NCBI GenBank assembly: GCA_963799845.1
Contig: CAWCYI010000006.1
Span: forward strand, 544,001-608,000
DNA: 64,000 nucleotides
Source: an uncultured Nitrososphaerota archaeon
GTDB taxonomy: Archaea > Thermoproteota > Nitrososphaeria > Nitrososphaerales > CADDZS01
Reading direction: 5' to 3'
Each line of letters begins with the position of its first letter. Within the stretch, counting starts at the first letter, position 1. The position numbers and the translations under genes were made by a program. Below, piece after piece: positions 60,055 to 64,000 of the stretch. The notes under the pieces were generated by a model. The model saw only the letters and a list, made by a program, of their open reading frames with translations, ran no database searches and was not told the origin of the DNA.

Positions 60055-61008
60055 TCAACCCGATGTCAGAAGATACGATTTCAATTTTCCATCTTCGAGC
60101 TGACCGACAACGCCGCGGAGAATTCCTTCGCCGTACTCGCTACCCGGATTAAAGCAGACTGTCCTGCCGATTCGCACCAACGCCTTTGACTCATGGATAT
60201 GCCCGTGCAGTCCAACGAGAGGCTGATACTTATCTATCATCCTTCGAGTTGCTACGCTGCCGGCAGAAGTCATGACGACGTGGCCCGCCGCCACTACCGG
60301 CTTCAGATCTTCGCTAACTTTGGGGGCCTGGTCTATCGGAGTGTCCCTCGGAGGAACGTGAATGTTGAAAATCGAATTTTCCGGTTTCTTCAGCTGACCT
60401 GCCATCTCTTCAATCCACGATTCCAAGACCCCCTCGTCTACTTCTCTTGGGCTATGCCACGGGGTGTGATTTGCGTAGCCGAGAGTAATCATTTCGTATT
60501 CGCCGTCAAGACTAACGATTCGCCGCTCGGGATTTATCACATATTTTGACGAATTCAAAACTTGATCGATTTCAAAGATATCGTCATTTCCAGGAGAGAT
60601 GAAGCAACCTACATCCGTCCCCTTCAATCGCTCCTCGGCAAGCTCGAGCCATCTTCTCACTCCTTCGACCATGAGCTGATTGAAAACTTCCCGAAGCTTT
60701 TCTGGGTTTGAGTTAAGCTCGTCATATTCCTTCTTCCCCATAACTTTTGGATAGACCCCAGAGTCCCTCATATCTTTGACGATGGAATCGAGCTTCTCCT
60801 CCGATTTTATTACAAAGAATTCTCCGGCAAAAGAGCACTCATAAGTTTCCGTTCCAGTTTGAATTATCGGAACCATTGATTTACCAGTGATATCACCTCC
60901 GAGAATTAGTACGTTAGCCTTGTAGAATTTGGCAGCGTTCAGGAATTTGCGGAAACAGACATCTGATCCGTGAACATCTGTCACGAAGAAAAACTTTGTC
61001 TTGCTCAA
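60055..61008 (-). CDS. Calcineurin-like metallophosphoesterase
   Basis: Motifs DVHG, GGD, PGNDD, HVPP and HGHIHE. Confidence 0.88.
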   Translation of the reverse strand: MSKTKFFFVTDVHGSDVCFRKFLNAAKFYKANVLILGGDITGKSMVPIIQTGTETYECSFAGEFFVIKSEEKLDSIVKDMRDSGVYPKVMGKKEYDELNSNPEKLREVFNQLMVEGVRRWLELAEERLKGTDVGCFISPGNDDIFEIDQVLNSSKYVINPERRIVSLDGEYEMITLGYANHTPWHSPREVDEGVLESWIEEMAGQLKKPENSIFNIHVPPRDTPIDQAPKVSEDLKPVVAAGHVVMTSAGSVATRRMIDKYQPLVGLHGHIHESKALVRIGRTVCFNPGSEYGEGILRGVVGQLEDGKLKSYLLTSG

Positions 61009-61098
61009 AACTCGAAAAATCCCTATTTCATAATTTGAAGGTATTCTTGCCTGAGGAGAATTGAGCTCCAGTAACTTTGCAGCAATTTCAGAAAGAAC

Positions 61099-62475
61099 TT
61101 AAGAGGGCCTGACGAATTCGCCGATCCCGGGAGAGGCAAAACCAGAACCATCTTCGAAAGCCAGGTTGCCGTTAACGATCGTGAATTTTACTTTCCCTTT
61201 GACGGCCAGACCGTCGTAAAGTACAGTCTCCCAAGCTTTGGTCATAAGATTTGCCGCTCTAATGACCCACGGCTGATTGAAATCTATGATAGCAATGTCG
61301 GCGTCCGAACCAACTTGCAGGGTCCCCTTTTTCGGGTAGAGGCCGAAGCGTTTCGCCGCTGACGAAGAAGTTATCCGAGGAATATCACTCAATATGAGCC
61401 TGTCTTGATGCACCAGATTCAGCAATAATGGAAGTCTTGTTTCAACTCCAGGTGTCCCAGACGGCGCCCTGAAGATGTCATCCCACCCTCGTTGTTTCTC
61501 GACATTTGTGTGAGGCGCATGATCAGTCGAGACCATCTCTATTTCACCTGTTCCAAGCGCATTTGTCATCCGATTCTTATCCTCCAGATTTCTCGGCGGC
61601 GGATTGAATTTTGCGTAAGGTCCCCTCTGAGGAAGGATTTCTTTCGAAAAATACATGTACTGCGGACAAGTTTCTGAAGTGGCATCCACCCCTCTGGATT
61701 TTGCCGCCGAAAGAAGCTCAACGGCTTCAGAAGTACTGACATGAACGATGTGTGTTTTTGCGCCAATTACTTCAGCAAGCAACAAGGCGTCAAACACGGC
61801 TTCAGCTTCAGTGAAATTCGGCCTAGAATCATAGTGGGCCATCGGATCTTTGCGTTTCTCCAATCTCATCTCCTCAGTCAGGCAAGACACGGTTGAATCG
61901 CACTCAGCATGAATGCAGTGCACGAGACCGCTCCTCTCCACTTCCTTCATGGTCTGGTAGAGCTGTCCCGAATTTGTGACATAAGATCCCGCGTATTCCT
62001 TCTCTCTCTCCTTCGGAGGCGAAACCATGAATGTTTTGAATGCAATCGCTCCCGTTCTTTTGAGATCCTGAATTGAAGGCAGGTTATCATGACTTGCCGC
62101 CGCCACGAGGCCAAAGTTAGAGACCGCCTTACTTTGAACGATCCGTATTTTTTCGAGAAAGATTTCCGCAGTGGTAACCACTGGCTCCGTGGTCGGCATA
62201 TCAAATATGGTCGTCGTCCCGCCGGCAACCGCTCCTTTTGTTCCAGTCGCGAAATCTTCCTTGTGTGTTAGTCCCGGATCGCGAAAGTGCACGTGCGGGT
62301 CTATTAATCCAGGCAGGAGAATCATTCCCTCTGCATTGATCGTGTGACCTGACTGAATTGTCGAGCTTTTTTGGATTGAAGTGATTGTTTTCCCCGTTAT
62401 GCAAATATCGGCCTCTACGAGTTCGCCATCGCGAAGTATTTTTCCGTTTTTGATAAACAGGTCACAAGTAGCCAT
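61099..62475 (-). CDS. Cyclic amidohydrolase (allantoinase/dihydroorotase family)
   Basis: Motifs PGLIDPHVH, HAE, HVS and TDHAPH. Confidence 0.9.
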   Translation of the reverse strand: MATCDLFIKNGKILRDGELVEADICITGKTITSIQKSSTIQSGHTINAEGMILLPGLIDPHVHFRDPGLTHKEDFATGTKGAVAGGTTTIFDMPTTEPVVTTAEIFLEKIRIVQSKAVSNFGLVAAASHDNLPSIQDLKRTGAIAFKTFMVSPPKEREKEYAGSYVTNSGQLYQTMKEVERSGLVHCIHAECDSTVSCLTEEMRLEKRKDPMAHYDSRPNFTEAEAVFDALLLAEVIGAKTHIVHVSTSEAVELLSAAKSRGVDATSETCPQYMYFSKEILPQRGPYAKFNPPPRNLEDKNRMTNALGTGEIEMVSTDHAPHTNVEKQRGWDDIFRAPSGTPGVETRLPLLLNLVHQDRLILSDIPRITSSSAAKRFGLYPKKGTLQVGSDADIAIIDFNQPWVIRAANLMTKAWETVLYDGLAVKGKVKFTIVNGNLAFEDGSGFASPGIGEFVRPS

Positions 62476-62562
62476 CTGAACTTTCGGTCTCGCGAATATT
62501 CTGAGTTGAGTTTGATCGCTTTGACTAAATAATATTGCTCGATGAACTATTAGGGCGAGAAC

Positions 62563-64000
62563 CTAGTTTCCATCTCTCGCAATGGGATTTAGAAACTTTC
62601 TGCCATCCACATCGTATAATCCTTTGTCCGTAACTCGCGCATGAGGAATCACCGAGAGGGTCAACAAGAACGGGATCGGCATGTAAAGGTGATCTATCAT
62701 TCCCATCGTTTTGAAAGCCCGGCGCAATCGTTTCATCTTTCGCGCCGTTGCATCTAATCCATCTTCCGACATCAATCCCGCAATAGGAAGGTCGATCTTT
62801 GCAAGGATTTTTCCATTCATTACGGCCGCGATGCCGCCGCTTGATTTTATGACTGAATTGGCAGCCCTCAACATGTCCCCTCGGCCCTTTCCAACGACAA
62901 CGAGATTGTGAGAATCGTGAGCGATTGTTGTTGCGAGTGCTCCGGAATTCAGGAGTCTTTTTGCGAACGCGACCGAGCGATTTCCATTCTTGCCGTGGCG
63001 TTCAAACACAAAAATTTCGCAGATATTCTGATCAGAAATGGCTCCATCTTCGAATTGCACTTCCACTACCGAGCGATCTGTGAGCACCATTTCCAGAAAT
63101 CCCTGCGGTTGCGCTGGTGCGGAAAATTTCGAGAAATCGAGGCAGTTCAGAATAATCTTTTGCTTTCCTTTCGGTAAAGTGTAATCGAAATCTCCATCGT
63201 TGAGTGTTGGAATTTTCACGGTGTGCAGGGCTGCTCTGTCGAATCTTCGGTTTTTCACGGGTTTCAACAGTTTACCATTTTTTGCTATGATTTCGCCGTT
63301 TGAGATAACAAATACAGGATAGAATGATTGTATACTTTTCAAAAGCAGAATATCAGCGATCTTTCCTGGAGCGACAGCCCCAAGATTGAATTTTCGCATG
63401 TGGATCGCTGCCCTGATCGTCGCACTCCTGATAACTTCTACCGGGTCCATGCCTTCCTTGATAGCGGATCTGCAGACATTGTTCAAGTGCCCGTTATCGA
63501 CAAGTCTATCGGGCATTACATCGTCAGTCACGAAGAGAATATTCCATGGACTCGGAATCTTCTTGATTGCACGCACAAAGGCGTTCATGTCAATTGCGTC
63601 AGGCCCCCGGAGTTTAAGATACAAGCCGGCTCTGAGTTTTTCAATGGCGGTTGCAACTTCGAAATTCTCATGATCTGCCTCGGGACCCGCAGCGACGTAT
63701 GAAGCAAGCCTTGCACCAGTCAAGAGCGGACAGTGACCATCGATGACTACTTGTTTTTTTCTTCCAATTTCCAGGATTCTGATTATCTTCGGATCAGAAG
63801 AGAGTACCGCTTCAAAATCCATTACTTCACCGAGTCCGCACACCCCAGGCCAGGAGAGGGATTCCTCCACGTCATCGGGACTCATTTCTGCACCGGAGGT
63901 AACTGCATTTGATTCCGGGACGCAAGTCGGCACAAAGAAATCTATTTTCATGGGAAGATTCCTCGAGTTCTCAAGCATCATTCTCAATCCATCTTTTCCG
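62563..64000 (-). CDS. ade: Adenine deaminase (5' part outside window)
   Basis: Motifs LGEVM, IDGH, DHE, VTDD, HDSHN and LPIAGLMS. Confidence 0.9.
   Translation of the reverse strand, partial: GKDGLRMMLENSRNLPMKIDFFVPTCVPESNAVTSGAEMSPDDVEESLSWPGVCGLGEVMDFEAVLSSDPKIIRILEIGRKKQVVIDGHCPLLTGARLASYVAAGPEADHENFEVATAIEKLRAGLYLKLRGPDAIDMNAFVRAIKKIPSPWNILFVTDDVMPDRLVDNGHLNNVCRSAIKEGMDPVEVIRSATIRAAIHMRKFNLGAVAPGKIADILLLKSIQSFYPVFVISNGEIIAKNGKLLKPVKNRRFDRAALHTVKIPTLNDGDFDYTLPKGKQKIILNCLDFSKFSAPAQPQGFLEMVLTDRSVVEVQFEDGAISDQNICEIFVFERHGKNGNRSVAFAKRLLNSGALATTIAHDSHNLVVVGKGRGDMLRAANSVIKSSGGIAAVMNGKILAKIDLPIAGLMSEDGLDATARKMKRLRRAFKTMGMIDHLYMPIPFLLTLSVIPHARVTDKGLYDVDGRKFLNPIARDGN

Noticed and set aside
1-64000. 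CRISPR array or rRNA
   Set aside because: No regularly spaced repeat-spacer array or rRNA-like sequence was seen.

Overview
Archaeal genomic window, most likely a non-ammonia-oxidising Nitrososphaerota/TACK lineage. This is inferred from an intron-containing tRNA with a BHB motif, TATA-type promoters, frequent TTG/GTG/CTG starts, Lrp/AsnC and double-domain KaiC proteins, and class III-type signal peptides. The flanks are ordinary metabolic and housekeeping genes: amidohydrolase, GNATs, saccharopine dehydrogenase, MFS, DUF72, peptide and branched-chain amino acid ABC systems, a threonine-synthase-like enzyme, malic enzyme, GT-C glycosyltransferases, rhomboid, FAH, gpmI, ftsZ, a metallophosphoesterase, an allantoinase-like enzyme and adenine deaminase. 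There are two IS481-family copies and one IS701-family element. The most striking part is a ~19 kb, visibly more AT-rich accessory region directly behind tRNA-Thr(TGT) (about 6.64-25.5 kb). It carries a KaiC signalling module and a set of duplicated small genes: 3 Lrp/AsnC regulators, 2 fasciclins, 2 PRC-barrels, 4 proteins sharing a helix+beta-hairpin module (2 soluble, 2 membrane-anchored) and 2 unannotated 40-aa pilin-like micropeptides. It also has an IS-disrupted CsbD gene and SPFH, PH-domain and FUN14-like genes. Several promoters share a fixed-spacing TTGAAC-N7-TATA motif. Together this looks like an undescribed archaeal general-stress/envelope regulon. At least six single-base frameshifts in otherwise intact genes suggest long-read assembly indel errors.
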